Source: an uncultured archaeon
GTDB taxonomy: Archaea; Thermoplasmatota; Thermoplasmata; Thermoplasmatales; Thermoplasmataceae
NCBI GenBank assembly: GCA_000965745.1
Contig: CP009479.1
Location: 1,824,001-1,888,000 of the forward strand
Length of the DNA stretch: 64,000 nucleotides
Direction: 5' to 3'
Shown here: piece by piece, positions 10,189 through 20,263 of the stretch
How positions within the stretch are numbered: position 1 is the first letter of the stretch
Layout: every line of letters begins with the position of its first letter
The notes under the pieces: generated by a model
Seen by the model: only the letters and a program-made list of their open reading frames with translations
Database searches by the model: none
Told to the model about the DNA's origin: nothing
Position numbers and translations under genes: made by a program

Positions 10189-11574
10189 CTAATGTGAGCT
10201 GTATTTTTCCACCCCTTCAAAATATGTTTTCAGGACCGAAAGATCGTTTCTGTCCAGTGCTACTATGTCGGATTTCTTTCCTGGCTCGAGCATGCCGGTG
10301 ATTCCCTCTAGATGTAGTGCATAGGCTGAATTTTCGGTATAGCACTTGATTGCCTGGTCGAAGCTTATCTTCTGGCCCGATGTTGGGGGTTTCATTGCCA
10401 GGTTTATTCCATACATGGGGCCAACAGGCATTGAGTCTGATCCAAACGCTACCTTGACGCCATTCTTAAGAAGGGACCCGAATCTGTTGTTCAGGCCAAT
10501 ATAACCTGAACCGAGGCGCCTCTCATACATTCCTCCCTTGAATGACCACCTCAGGAAATTTGGTTGCATGCTCACAACCATTCCCTTTTCCTCCATTTCC
10601 GTCCTGAGAGGCAGAACAAACTCATTGTGCTCGATCTTGAGCCTTCCCTTGTCGAACTTCTTGGTTGTCCGTATAACCTGGTCTATGGCCACATCACCGA
10701 TAGCATGGGTCATGACATCATTTCCGGAGCTTATAATTTCACTATAAAGTGCTTCAAGCTGTGAGTCCGAATATACCAGTGAAGGGGAGGCGTCAGAATC
10801 CCTGTAGCCGTCTGACATCACCGCTGTCCTGGCTCCGACAGAGCCATCGGCAAACAGTTTTACATGCCCCATGTACAGGTTCTCAGAGACAAGGTCTCCA
10901 GTGTTGAATCCCATTCTATGCAGGCCGATAGGGTTGAAAACGATTCTGAGTTTGTGCTGCATCTTTCTGTAATCCGCAAGAAGGTCCGGTGTTTCTATAT
11001 CAGAAATGGATGTTATTCCCTGGGAGAGGCAGTATTCTTCAGCCCTCATAATAGCCTCATTGATATCTGAACTGGGCTTGATCCTGCTCATCAGTTTGTC
11101 CAGCTCACCTTCTTTTATGACTCCGTCGGACTCCACGTGCAGGCCCAGGCCAATACTTTCCATTATGCCTTTCTTGTTCAGCACTGCCATGTGCCCATCC
11201 ACACGTATTGCAAGCACCGGATTGCCGTTGGATATTTCATCTGGTGTAAGGAACTCCTGTTTCTTCCAGAGGCTTTCATCCCAACCTCTGGAAACAACCC
11301 ATCCATTCTGGTTCGGCTTTGCCCCGGTAAGCTTGAGCAACACCTCTCGGCGAGAGAGGCCGTCAAGATCCTGAGTCATCAGTTTCAGCGCTGTACTGTA
11401 GAGATGCATATGGCTGTCGACAAAGCCCGGGACTATGACAGCACCATTCATGTCCAAGACCTGATTTCCTTTTTCTTTCCCCCCCAGTGAGATGATATTC
11501 TCATCGAATGTGATAGAATCATATTCTTCTCCACCGGAGAGTACTGTACAATTTTCAAGGGTCTTGCTGAACAT
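10189..11574 (-). CDS. Amidohydrolase 3 (YtcJ-like)
   Basis: PGFVDSHMH, KLFADGS, THAIGD, IEH, FGSD; start moved to ATG 11574. Confidence 0.88.
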   Translation of the reverse strand: MFSKTLENCTVLSGGEEYDSITFDENIISLGGKEKGNQVLDMNGAVIVPGFVDSHMHLYSTALKLMTQDLDGLSRREVLLKLTGAKPNQNGWVVSRGWDESLWKKQEFLTPDEISNGNPVLAIRVDGHMAVLNKKGIMESIGLGLHVESDGVIKEGELDKLMSRIKPSSDINEAIMRAEEYCLSQGITSISDIETPDLLADYRKMQHKLRIVFNPIGLHRMGFNTGDLVSENLYMGHVKLFADGSVGARTAVMSDGYRDSDASPSLVYSDSQLEALYSEIISSGNDVMTHAIGDVAIDQVIRTTKKFDKGRLKIEHNEFVLPLRTEMEEKGMVVSMQPNFLRWSFKGGMYERRLGSGYIGLNNRFGSLLKNGVKVAFGSDSMPVGPMYGINLAMKPPTSGQKISFDQAIKCYTENSAYALHLEGITGMLEPGKKSDIVALDRNDLSVLKTYFEGVEKYSSH

Positions 11575-11685
11575 TAGATTGTTTAGACCGACAATGCCCT
11601 TAAACTGTTGCATCAGAGGATTCAGCGAAGATATTATAACTGTAAACAAATTTATCTGATTCGTTAAGAAGAGCCTGTAAAATGG

Positions 11686-11874
11686 GTGATTGATGTGGCA
11701 AAACTTAGGGAACTTGAAAAATATGAGATACGCGCACTTGATATCTGTCCTGATCCGGAATACAGAGAAAAGCTGAAACTGTGGGTACAGAAGAGGAAAG
11801 ACCCCCTGGATGATTACGGATTAAAGAAGTTGAAGGACAAGATTGACGCTTATATCAGAAGGCACAGCAGATAA
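11686..11874 (+). CDS. Small hypothetical protein
   Basis: 62-aa charged helical ORF filling an intergenic gap. Confidence 0.55.
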   Translation: MIDVAKLRELEKYEIRALDICPDPEYREKLKLWVQKRKDPLDDYGLKKLKDKIDAYIRRHSR

Positions 11875-11891
11875 GTAATTTGCTTGAATAG

Positions 11892-12926
11892 CTAGTGCGC
11901 CCCCGGAGGAAATATCACCTGGTCATATTTCAGGTAAGCTTCCTCCTCAAATCTCAGATAATCCGGATTTATCCCTTTCTGAATTGCAAGATAGTATGCC
12001 AGATAATACAATGGGACAATGTTTACCACCGGGCTGAGGGCCTCCTCGATTTCGGGCGTTCTGACCGAGAATTCGCCATCACCGTTAATGACAAGAGTTC
12101 TTGTCCCTACTTCCCTGCTTGCCCTGACAATATCCTGTGACCTTTCCATGACAGTGGGGGTCTCGATGATTATCACGAGAGAGTGTTCATCTATCACAGC
12201 TGTGCACCCATGGTTGAATTCCTCAAGCTCTATCCCCTCAGCATGGATATGGGTCGCTTCCTTGATCTTCTGGGCAGCTTCCCTGGCAATAACATAATTT
12301 GGGCCCGCACCCAGCACAAAGATATCATCAACCTCAGTGAGCTTTTTTGCAATATCCTTAATTGGCTCATCAAGGGTCTTTATTGAGGCTTCTACTGCAT
12401 CAAGCAAGGAAGTGAAATCAATCTCGAGGACGCCGTATGACGCTGCGATCTTCATGACTGCAAAGACGTTGTCGAAAAAGGTCTTCGTATTGCATAGCGA
12501 CCTGTCAGGGGAATTTCCAATAACGAGAGGGTGATCTACTGTACCGGCCATAGGGCTGTCCGGGTAATGTGTTATCCCCACGGTGCTTGCGTGTTCCTTT
12601 GCTTTCTTAAGCGCATCCATGGTAGACTTTGTTTTTCCCGTGTGTGACACGGCTATGACTGTTCCGCTGGGCTTATGGTATTTTTCAAGTTCGTACGCCT
12701 GGATCGCATGCCATTCCTTTGATGACGAACTTAGTATCTGAGCCCCGACCATTGCTGAATGGAACGCGGTCCCATTGCCGGTGAAATAAAGCGGAGACTT
12801 CAGGACCCCGTAATCGAAGTCCTTCATTCTTTCAAGGGTTGCCCTGATCCCGTTCGGGGTATCTTTCATCATATCATACATCACGAAAGGGTGTGATTTC
12901 CTTATTTCCGGGAGTTCGTCAGTCAT
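11892..12926 (-). CDS. Double-SIS-domain sugar-phosphate isomerase/deaminase (GlmS-like, no glutaminase domain)
   Basis: SHTGKT, NTKTF, EAAQKIKE, EEFNHG, GINPD; GGTGA SD. Confidence 0.85.
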   Translation of the reverse strand: MTDELPEIRKSHPFVMYDMMKDTPNGIRATLERMKDFDYGVLKSPLYFTGNGTAFHSAMVGAQILSSSSKEWHAIQAYELEKYHKPSGTVIAVSHTGKTKSTMDALKKAKEHASTVGITHYPDSPMAGTVDHPLVIGNSPDRSLCNTKTFFDNVFAVMKIAASYGVLEIDFTSLLDAVEASIKTLDEPIKDIAKKLTEVDDIFVLGAGPNYVIAREAAQKIKEATHIHAEGIELEEFNHGCTAVIDEHSLVIIIETPTVMERSQDIVRASREVGTRTLVINGDGEFSVRTPEIEEALSPVVNIVPLYYLAYYLAIQKGINPDYLRFEEEAYLKYDQVIFPPGAH

Positions 12927-13051
12927 TCGGTGATAAAGATGTTCATTTCATTTAACTTTTTGTAAGACAGGCTTTGATAACTACAGGCGTAAATCAATAA
13001 ATGTCATATTCCAGTACAGCGATACGGGTGTGATTAGGAGAACCTGAAAAA

Positions 13052-13402
13052 GTGTTGCTGGAAGACGGAGATTACTCAGATCTTGTTACGTACCTGACAG
13101 GGCTGTTCAGCATAAAGAAAATTCCCGAAGTGGCCATGGATCAGTACGGGATAAAATACAGTTCAGCTGTGATTCTGCAAGGGATGAGCGGGGACAGTGA
13201 GTATGAAATCACAAGGTACCCGGAGAAAGACGAAAGGGAGGCAGTCAAGATAATCAACCTGGAAGTCTCTGGAATAGTCCCGGATGTTACATGCAAAGTC
13301 TCGATTAACTGGGATTGGGTCAGCATCACCCCTGAGATTGATGAGAAGGATGCGACCGCGTTTGTTGACAAGCTCGACATGTCAACCTTCAGATATTTCT
13401 AA
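13052..13402 (+). CDS. Hypothetical protein (start uncertain)
   Basis: 116-aa ORF with normal composition; see finding on the upstream in-frame TGA. Confidence 0.6.
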   Translation: MLLEDGDYSDLVTYLTGLFSIKKIPEVAMDQYGIKYSSAVILQGMSGDSEYEITRYPEKDEREAVKIINLEVSGIVPDVTCKVSINWDWVSITPEIDEKDATAFVDKLDMSTFRYF

Positions 13403-13447
13403 GTGCTGTCACCAATAGAGATGCAGAAGAATATTGGGGTATGAGTG

Positions 13448-14215
13448 ATGAAAGCCTGTATAATAACAATTGGCAATGAGATCCTTAAGGGCAGGACCGT
13501 AAACACAAATGCGGCTCATATTGGAAAGTTCCTGACCTCGCGAGGGTATGAAGTTGAGAGGGGCATTACTGTCAAGGACAACCTGGATGAGATCAAGTGG
13601 GCAATTGACGAATCTTTTGGCAAGTACGATATCATAGTCACCAGTGGCGGACTGGGCCCAACCTTTGATGACATGACCGTCGAGGGTGTTTCCAGGGCCC
13701 TAGGGCTGGAGCTTGTTGAAGACAGGGAAACGTTGGAAATCCTCTCCAAAAGATATAAGGAACTCAGTGCCGAGCTAACTCCGGAAAGGCTTAAGCTTGC
13801 GTATATCCCGGCAGGCTCACATGCGATCAGGAATCCCGTTGGAGCAGCGCCCGGTATATGGATCAGCGGCGGGAAATCGAGCATACTTGTCCTGCCAGGT
13901 GTGCCCAGGGAAATGGAGGCGATCCTGGACCAAGCTGACAGCCTGATCAACAAAAATGACAGATTCTATTATGAGGCCACTGAAAGACTGGCAGGCGTTA
14001 TGGAGAGCGCAATGGCCCCGATAGTCAACAGGATAATGGAAGAGCACGCCGGTGAGGTTTATGTCAAAACCCATCCGCTTAAATCAGAGACGAGAAATCC
14101 TGAAATCGATGTAGAGGTCTCCGCATACGCTGATTCAGCCGAAATGGCAGAGCAGGCAGTCAGGGATACCATAAGAGAAATCCTTGCAGAAGCCAGAAGG
14201 ATGGGAAAAAAATAG
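13448..14215 (+). CDS. cinA: CinA-like molybdopterin-binding-domain protein
   Basis: IGNEILKG, NTN, SGGLGPTFDDMT, LPGVPREM; no PncC domain. Confidence 0.85.
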   Translation: MKACIITIGNEILKGRTVNTNAAHIGKFLTSRGYEVERGITVKDNLDEIKWAIDESFGKYDIIVTSGGLGPTFDDMTVEGVSRALGLELVEDRETLEILSKRYKELSAELTPERLKLAYIPAGSHAIRNPVGAAPGIWISGGKSSILVLPGVPREMEAILDQADSLINKNDRFYYEATERLAGVMESAMAPIVNRIMEEHAGEVYVKTHPLKSETRNPEIDVEVSAYADSAEMAEQAVRDTIREILAEARRMGKK

Positions 14216-14237
14216 CTTCCAAAGCCGAATACGGCAC

Positions 14238-14597
14238 TTAACCTCTGAAAAACTCAGTCAGGTTTCTTTCAACAAACCAGTAGGATGGGCGGTAGTACTC
14301 CCAGAAGTACCTTTTCGGAACCGATATCCACCGGTTCCCGTTTAAGCTGACCGTGGCTTCAGCCCCTTTAAGATACTTTTTCAGATCCTCGAAAGAGGTG
14401 TCAACAAGAACTTCCCCCTTGCCGTCCCTGATACAAAGCGCTATCCTGCACTTTTTGCCATCAGAATCCCTGATGGTGTAGGAGTCTATTGTGAAAAGAA
14501 GGCCTTCCTCAAGCTCCACAAGCTCTATGCCACTGTTTCTGTAGAATTTCTTCAGCTCTTTTAGAATGTTGTCTTTATCTACAGGTAATGTTTCCAT
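14238..14597 (-). CDS. Hypothetical protein
   Basis: 119-aa ORF divergent from the ATPase gene. Confidence 0.65.
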   Translation of the reverse strand: METLPVDKDNILKELKKFYRNSGIELVELEEGLLFTIDSYTIRDSDGKKCRIALCIRDGKGEVLVDTSFEDLKKYLKGAEATVSLNGNRWISVPKRYFWEYYRPSYWFVERNLTEFFRG

Positions 14598-14693
14598 TCT
14601 ACCGCTCCGAAATGCCGGAACTGCTGATAACCTTTACCTTATCCTGCAACATTCCCCAGTCATTATCTGGCCAGGTACTCTGTATTCAGGCGG

Positions 14694-16706
14694 GTGAATG
14701 GAGACATGTACAGCTACGACAGAATCATTTCAAAGAACGGGAAGCCTTTTTACACCAAAGAAGGAATCGCCATTGGAGAAGACTACAGGAAACGCAGTAT
14801 AAGAATGCCTGAGCAGATGCTCGAAGGGCACCTGCTTATACTGGGGAAATCGGGAACTGGAAAATCGAACCTTATATTCAACCTGGTTAATCAAATCGGG
14901 GAGGTGGATGGCCCCAACATAATCCTGTTTGATCCCCATGGCACCCTTCTCAATGATGTGGTACTCTCAAATACCGGGAATGACTTGATCTATCTGTCAC
15001 CCGGCATCATCATGGAGGATGGCCGGGAAAGAGCAGTATCATTCAATACGATATCAACTGGAAGCGGAGAACAGGAGGACATTGACAGAACAACTGGCTG
15101 GTTGAGAGATATGATGGCAAATGAGGAGGCGTTCTCCAACGGGTCGTGGGGGCCGAGGCTTGAAGTGATCTTCAGGGTCGTTCTTGCAGAGCTCATACGG
15201 CAACATGATGGGGCTAATCTCGAATATCTTGCGCAAACGCTGACCAGCAGGCAGAATATGAAGAATTTTATTTCTTCAGTGAGCGATGAATCAACCAGGA
15301 AATTTCTGGAGGGGCAGTACCAGGACTGGAAAAGCTGGACCCAGTATATTTCCAGCACAATGAACAGGCTGCTGCCGTTGCTCTCGACACCCTCCACCAA
15401 GTACCTAATCTCCGGGAAGGAAGATTCTGTCGATCTCTATAAGGAACTGAAAAGAGGGAACAGCCTTGTTGCATTGAACATCTCAAAATCCTCGTTTTCA
15501 GATGAGGTAATCAAGATCGTATCCTCGCTGTTTCTTATGAAAATCTGGACCAGCATCCTTGATGGTTTCAGGAAAACGCATGAGAAAATAAGCACTTATG
15601 TCATTATTGACGAATTCCAGTCCATTCCGGCTGCAATCATCGAGAATCTTCTCCGGGAGGGAAGAAAGTTCGGTATTAGGGTCATACTCGCTTCACAGTA
15701 CATTGATTCAGGGTCCGAGCAACTCATGCAGGCAGTCTTTGGAAATGTCAGAAATTACATATCATTCAATCTCTCCGATAGAGATGCAGGATATTTTGCA
15801 AGAATGGCTCCAAATGGAGGAAGATCAAAGGAGCTCGCCGAGACCGTTAAGGAGCAGAAGCTGCATAGAGCTGTCATCATCTCCCAAACCCGGGAAGGCC
15901 CAGCTGGCCCACTTTCGTTCACACCGTTTTTTGAAGAACCGGCCCGGAACTATGAGAAGGTGGAGAAAATGAAGCGGGAGAGCATGATCAGATATTCTGC
16001 TGATATCGTGAAAGAAGCCCCACAAACCATAAACAGGTCCTTGCATGAAAAGATAATTGACACACTGGAATCAGTTCTTGGAAAGAATGGAATAGAAATA
16101 TCGAGATCAACCAGGATCAACGGATCCATAGCTGATGCATCTTTTCACTACTCAGGAAATGAGTACATTGTTGAGGTTGAGGTTTCTGATGTTTCGAGGA
16201 AGTCAAGGGTCCTCTCAAAACTGAAGAGTTATCCGGGGAAAAATATCATTCTCGTCTGCCCGCAGGGGCAGGGTGAGGTGATCCATTCCATGATATCTGA
16301 CCCCACGAGGTACCGCGTAAAGAATGGCTTTGTTGTGGAGTTTCCGCTTTCAGATGGCGGAAGGGATATCTATGCGAGGGATGTTGCCCCGTCGATCAAG
16401 AATACCTGGATTCTGGAATATTGTGACAACGGGTTAAAATCATACTGGAACGGGAAAGGCAGGAGGTTCCTTCTGAAACACCTTCTTGAAGCTCCCACCT
16501 TCCAACGGGAACTGAACAACGGAGAATATGCGGAAGCAAAAAACTACCTTTTCAGGCTTATGCTGTCAAGTGAAACATTTGCCTTGAAGAAGAGGGATGT
16601 AATTGATAACGGTGTTATCAAGAAAGCCTTCATGAATGAGTTCATCAGAAAAAACTGTGAGAAGGAGTCAGAATTCGTTTTCATGAAAGATTTGTTCGGG
16701 GATTGA
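14694..16706 (+). CDS. HerA/VirB4/VirD4-like P-loop ATPase with C-terminal PD-(D/E)xK-like domain
   Basis: Walker A GKSGTGKS, FDPHG, Walker B IIDEFQ, LREGRKFG, ASQ; tail H...IADA...EVE. Confidence 0.85.
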   Translation: MNGDMYSYDRIISKNGKPFYTKEGIAIGEDYRKRSIRMPEQMLEGHLLILGKSGTGKSNLIFNLVNQIGEVDGPNIILFDPHGTLLNDVVLSNTGNDLIYLSPGIIMEDGRERAVSFNTISTGSGEQEDIDRTTGWLRDMMANEEAFSNGSWGPRLEVIFRVVLAELIRQHDGANLEYLAQTLTSRQNMKNFISSVSDESTRKFLEGQYQDWKSWTQYISSTMNRLLPLLSTPSTKYLISGKEDSVDLYKELKRGNSLVALNISKSSFSDEVIKIVSSLFLMKIWTSILDGFRKTHEKISTYVIIDEFQSIPAAIIENLLREGRKFGIRVILASQYIDSGSEQLMQAVFGNVRNYISFNLSDRDAGYFARMAPNGGRSKELAETVKEQKLHRAVIISQTREGPAGPLSFTPFFEEPARNYEKVEKMKRESMIRYSADIVKEAPQTINRSLHEKIIDTLESVLGKNGIEISRSTRINGSIADASFHYSGNEYIVEVEVSDVSRKSRVLSKLKSYPGKNIILVCPQGQGEVIHSMISDPTRYRVKNGFVVEFPLSDGGRDIYARDVAPSIKNTWILEYCDNGLKSYWNGKGRRFLLKHLLEAPTFQRELNNGEYAEAKNYLFRLMLSSETFALKKRDVIDNGVIKKAFMNEFIRKNCEKESEFVFMKDLFGD

Positions 16707-16709
16707 GGT

Positions 16710-17684
16710 CTATAATTCAACCCATTTCCCGATATAATCACCCTCAAAGGCTGCATTTACTGTTTTTACAACCGCAAGTCCATCATTGCCATCAGCAATC
16801 TCAGTTTTTTCCCCCCTTGTAGCTGCAACGAAAGCTCGAATCTCATCTTCATACATATTACCAGAGTCGAAGGACTTCACTTTCTTTCCATTCAGTTCTA
16901 AAACCGATCCTTTTACGTCCGTGCCAAAGAAATTATTAACAACAACCGTACCTTCGGCACCGAAAATTTTCAAACTATTGTCAGGAGTTCGGATATCCCT
17001 GGAAGATAAGGAAAAACCGGCAAATTTCCCATAATCCATATGAACAGTCTCAGTTATGTCGATTACCTTTTTTTTGGGAAATCTTGAAGAAGTCACTCTT
17101 TTGGGTAGCGAATTTGTCGTATAATTTAGAGTGTCTATGACATGCACACCACTACCCATTACGGACCCCCCACCAACCTTCTCATCATCATCCCACCATT
17201 TGCTCCTCGGGTCTTCGTGAATCATGGGTGACTGCCATGCCCAGGAACCCATTACAAATACTATTTTCCCCACATCACCTTTTCTGATGATTTCCTTTAC
17301 AATTTTCATTGCAGGGTGAAATCGCATATGGAACCCTACTGACAGATTCAGATTTTTTCTATTTGCTGTTCTTACGAGTTCTTCGGCATCTGAGTTCTTG
17401 AGAGTCATTGGTTTCTCGAGAAGTACGTGTTTTCCCCTTGAAAGTGATTTCATCGCGTGCTCAAAGTGAAGAAAATTTGGAGAAGATATGTAGACTGATT
17501 CAAAATCCCCTGCAAAGAATGTTTCAAGGTCATCGTAGGGTTTGGAAAGGTATTTGAGCCCTATATCTTTTGCATTCTGGATATCCCTGCTATAAATGGC
17601 ACTAACCTCATGTCCGGCCTTAACAATTGCAGGCATTACTTTGTTCCTGGCATGTTTTCCTGCCGATATGATTCCGAACTTCAT
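16710..17684 (-). CDS. Gfo/Idh/MocA family NAD(P)-dependent oxidoreductase
   Basis: SSPNFLH, LLEKP, GFHMRFHP, GGGSVMGSGVH; start 17684 or 17693. Confidence 0.88.
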   Translation of the reverse strand: MKFGIISAGKHARNKVMPAIVKAGHEVSAIYSRDIQNAKDIGLKYLSKPYDDLETFFAGDFESVYISSPNFLHFEHAMKSLSRGKHVLLEKPMTLKNSDAEELVRTANRKNLNLSVGFHMRFHPAMKIVKEIIRKGDVGKIVFVMGSWAWQSPMIHEDPRSKWWDDDEKVGGGSVMGSGVHVIDTLNYTTNSLPKRVTSSRFPKKKVIDITETVHMDYGKFAGFSLSSRDIRTPDNSLKIFGAEGTVVVNNFFGTDVKGSVLELNGKKVKSFDSGNMYEDEIRAFVAATRGEKTEIADGNDGLAVVKTVNAAFEGDYIGKWVEL

Positions 17685-17744
17685 AAGTTGCATAATTGAA
17701 CAAAGTTAAAATTATTTTTTAAGACTACAGTATGAGGTGATAAA

Positions 17745-18671
17745 CTGGACCCACGACTAGCAAATCTTCCTTTCATTCCATTGTTGCCCAACGAACATAG
17801 AATTATCAATATATCCATTAGGAATTCATTGGATGTTCGCCCATCAATAAGGTTCTTCGTTATAGACAAGGGAAAGGTGTTCAGAGTCAAGGAGTTTTTC
17901 CTGGATTGGTTTTACACTGGTTTTCCAAAGAGCCTTATGAAATCATTGGTAGATACTTACGACCCAATCGAGTCTTTTCTTATGGACGGGAAAATCTGCT
18001 ACTTCGGAAGAGATTACAAAGGGAGAAATTCAGTCTCATTCTACTGGCAAGGCACTAGCGTTGAAATAGAGTGTTTTCAGGAAGCAGAGATGCAGGATTT
18101 TGAGAATGTTTTAAAAGACCTAAATGCAGAATCAGATTTTGTAAATAGTTTGGCAAATAAAGGATTTTTAGATCGTTCTTTTCTGGCTTCTGGAGGAAAC
18201 GACAACTGGTGGGAGGCCCAAAGGATCAGTCGTATGAAATGGGTGAAGTTATGTGAAACGAGCAAGCAATCAGTATCGGGAAGAAGCCTGAGGTTGGACT
18301 CTTTTGGAAACTATCTGGGGCACGACGGAACAACCAATAGTATATTGATATTATCTGACAAATTGTACAGTTCTGTAGTGTGGGTAGACTTGCTGGATTT
18401 GAGCAGTTTAATAGACCATGGATATTACAAATTCAGAAAAGTTGTGGGGATATTTGATTTGTTTGAAGACGATCCAAACTTCCTTTGTCATAGGTCCCCT
18501 TATGGCCCAAGTATTCTTCAGGCGAGTATGTTTGGAAAAAAATGTACCATTTCATTGACCCCAGACTTTAATTTTAGAGATCTGAAAGTGGTTTCACGTC
18601 ACACTGAAGAACTAATCTCACTGGCTTTAAATGAACAAGAGAAACTTTATAAAGAAAATAAATTATTTTAA
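17745..18671 (+). CDS. Hypothetical protein, probable CTG start
   Basis: Long ORF; GAGGTGA SD at 17734-17740 ahead of in-frame CTG 17745. Confidence 0.7.
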   Translation: MDPRLANLPFIPLLPNEHRIINISIRNSLDVRPSIRFFVIDKGKVFRVKEFFLDWFYTGFPKSLMKSLVDTYDPIESFLMDGKICYFGRDYKGRNSVSFYWQGTSVEIECFQEAEMQDFENVLKDLNAESDFVNSLANKGFLDRSFLASGGNDNWWEAQRISRMKWVKLCETSKQSVSGRSLRLDSFGNYLGHDGTTNSILILSDKLYSSVVWVDLLDLSSLIDHGYYKFRKVVGIFDLFEDDPNFLCHRSPYGPSILQASMFGKKCTISLTPDFNFRDLKVVSRHTEELISLALNEQEKLYKENKLF

Positions 18672-18699
18672 AAATGTATTGTCCCATCCGTTCAAAAAC

Positions 18700-19974
18700 C
18701 TAAGATGGGGAAAAATTCTCTTTTAATTTTGGTTTCTCTCTTAAAGGGATTGAGAGGAACACACATGCTGCCGCAGGTATTATTACAACGTAGGTTATCG
18801 CTCCGAGCCAACCTATCGAACCAACCAGACCACCTACTATGAAGCCAGATGCGAACCCAGTTCCATAATAGGCACTCATCGCAATTCCCGATATGATGGG
18901 GATGTTCCTGTGCTTCACGGAGTTTTGAAGCGACGCTAGCACATTAGTAAATGCAAAAGCACTGGTGGAGACACCGAATATTGCAGCTACAAGCAATGCT
19001 TCTGTTACACTTACATTTGTACCAAATATTATAAAAGACGCGACAACCTCTCCAATTGAACCTATCAATATAGGCCATATTCTGTTAACACGGTCTCCGA
19101 ATTGTCCCCCTAATACTGCTAGAATGAATCCTATTCCGATTATTCCGGAAACACCCGCTGACTCTACAACAGTAAAACCAACACTCTGAAGGTATGATGA
19201 AAGTAGTACTAGCCAGGGCCACTGAATCAATCCAAGCAGTGCCATTATGATGATCCCGAAGATTGACCGAGTACTGAATACTCCCGACAGCCTTTCTCTC
19301 GTCAAAGGAACCTTTTCTTCATCTAAATCAACTCTGGGCTTAAGAAATTCTTTTGAAGCTTTGGGAAAAGTCAGCAGAATATAAGCAGCTACCATAACCA
19401 CAAATCCAAGAATTCCGGCGATCACCAAAGTCAATCTCCAAGATGACGTACTAGTAAACAAAAGCGCATATATCACTGGACCAGTAAACACACCGATTCC
19501 CTGCAGAAGATTTACCACACCAATTGCAGTTCCCCTAAATCGTCTGGACATCATTCCAACTATAGAGAGAGCTACTGGGAAGAAAAACGCTTCACCAACT
19601 CCCGTGATGGTTCTTGAAGCGAAAATTTGTTCAGAATTTTGACTAATCCCAGTAAGAACGGTAAAAAGTGAAAAGATTCCGATCCCAAGCATTAGAGTGT
19701 TTCTTAATCCCAATTTACGTGATACAAACCCGCTTGCAGGAGCAGCAATAAACTGACCTAACGCGAAAATGGTTGCAAGCCCACCAGCCAAAACAAATGG
19801 CAAACCTAAACCAATAAAGAGTGGCCTTAGAATTACACCAAACCCAATCCGATCAGCCCAGTAGAAAACTGAGGGAAAACCTACAGCGACTGCAACTACG
19901 ATCCAACCATAGGCAGCAAATGCCGTACCGGATTCATTCTTTTTAGCCAATCTTTCTTTTTCAATATCTTCCAT
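18700..19974 (-). CDS. MFS transporter (anion:cation / aromatic-acid-like)
   Basis: About 12 TM; WADR, GFVSRKLGLR, SRTITGVGEA, FGDRVNR. Confidence 0.9.
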   Translation of the reverse strand: MEDIEKERLAKKNESGTAFAAYGWIVVAVAVGFPSVFYWADRIGFGVILRPLFIGLGLPFVLAGGLATIFALGQFIAAPASGFVSRKLGLRNTLMLGIGIFSLFTVLTGISQNSEQIFASRTITGVGEAFFFPVALSIVGMMSRRFRGTAIGVVNLLQGIGVFTGPVIYALLFTSTSSWRLTLVIAGILGFVVMVAAYILLTFPKASKEFLKPRVDLDEEKVPLTRERLSGVFSTRSIFGIIIMALLGLIQWPWLVLLSSYLQSVGFTVVESAGVSGIIGIGFILAVLGGQFGDRVNRIWPILIGSIGEVVASFIIFGTNVSVTEALLVAAIFGVSTSAFAFTNVLASLQNSVKHRNIPIISGIAMSAYYGTGFASGFIVGGLVGSIGWLGAITYVVIIPAAACVFLSIPLREKPKLKENFSPS

Positions 19975-20263
19975 TATTTAAAACCCATGAATAAATGGGA
20001 TTACTAACTATTAAATCTTTTGTACTACAAATCACTTGACCAAAATACTTAAATAATTTAATACGAATAAAGAATTTGTAATATTACACAATTTGATTCA
20101 TTTAAGTCAAGTGATATTAGGTCTTAGATAGAAGTCTGTTAATTTAATCTTCGAGAGAGTTTATATAAATATTTGTGTGGTTATGTATTAAAGTCTTCCT
20201 GCTTTTCAATATTACAAAAAATGCTGAACAGCAAATATTTAATATCATATCCAATCAGATACC

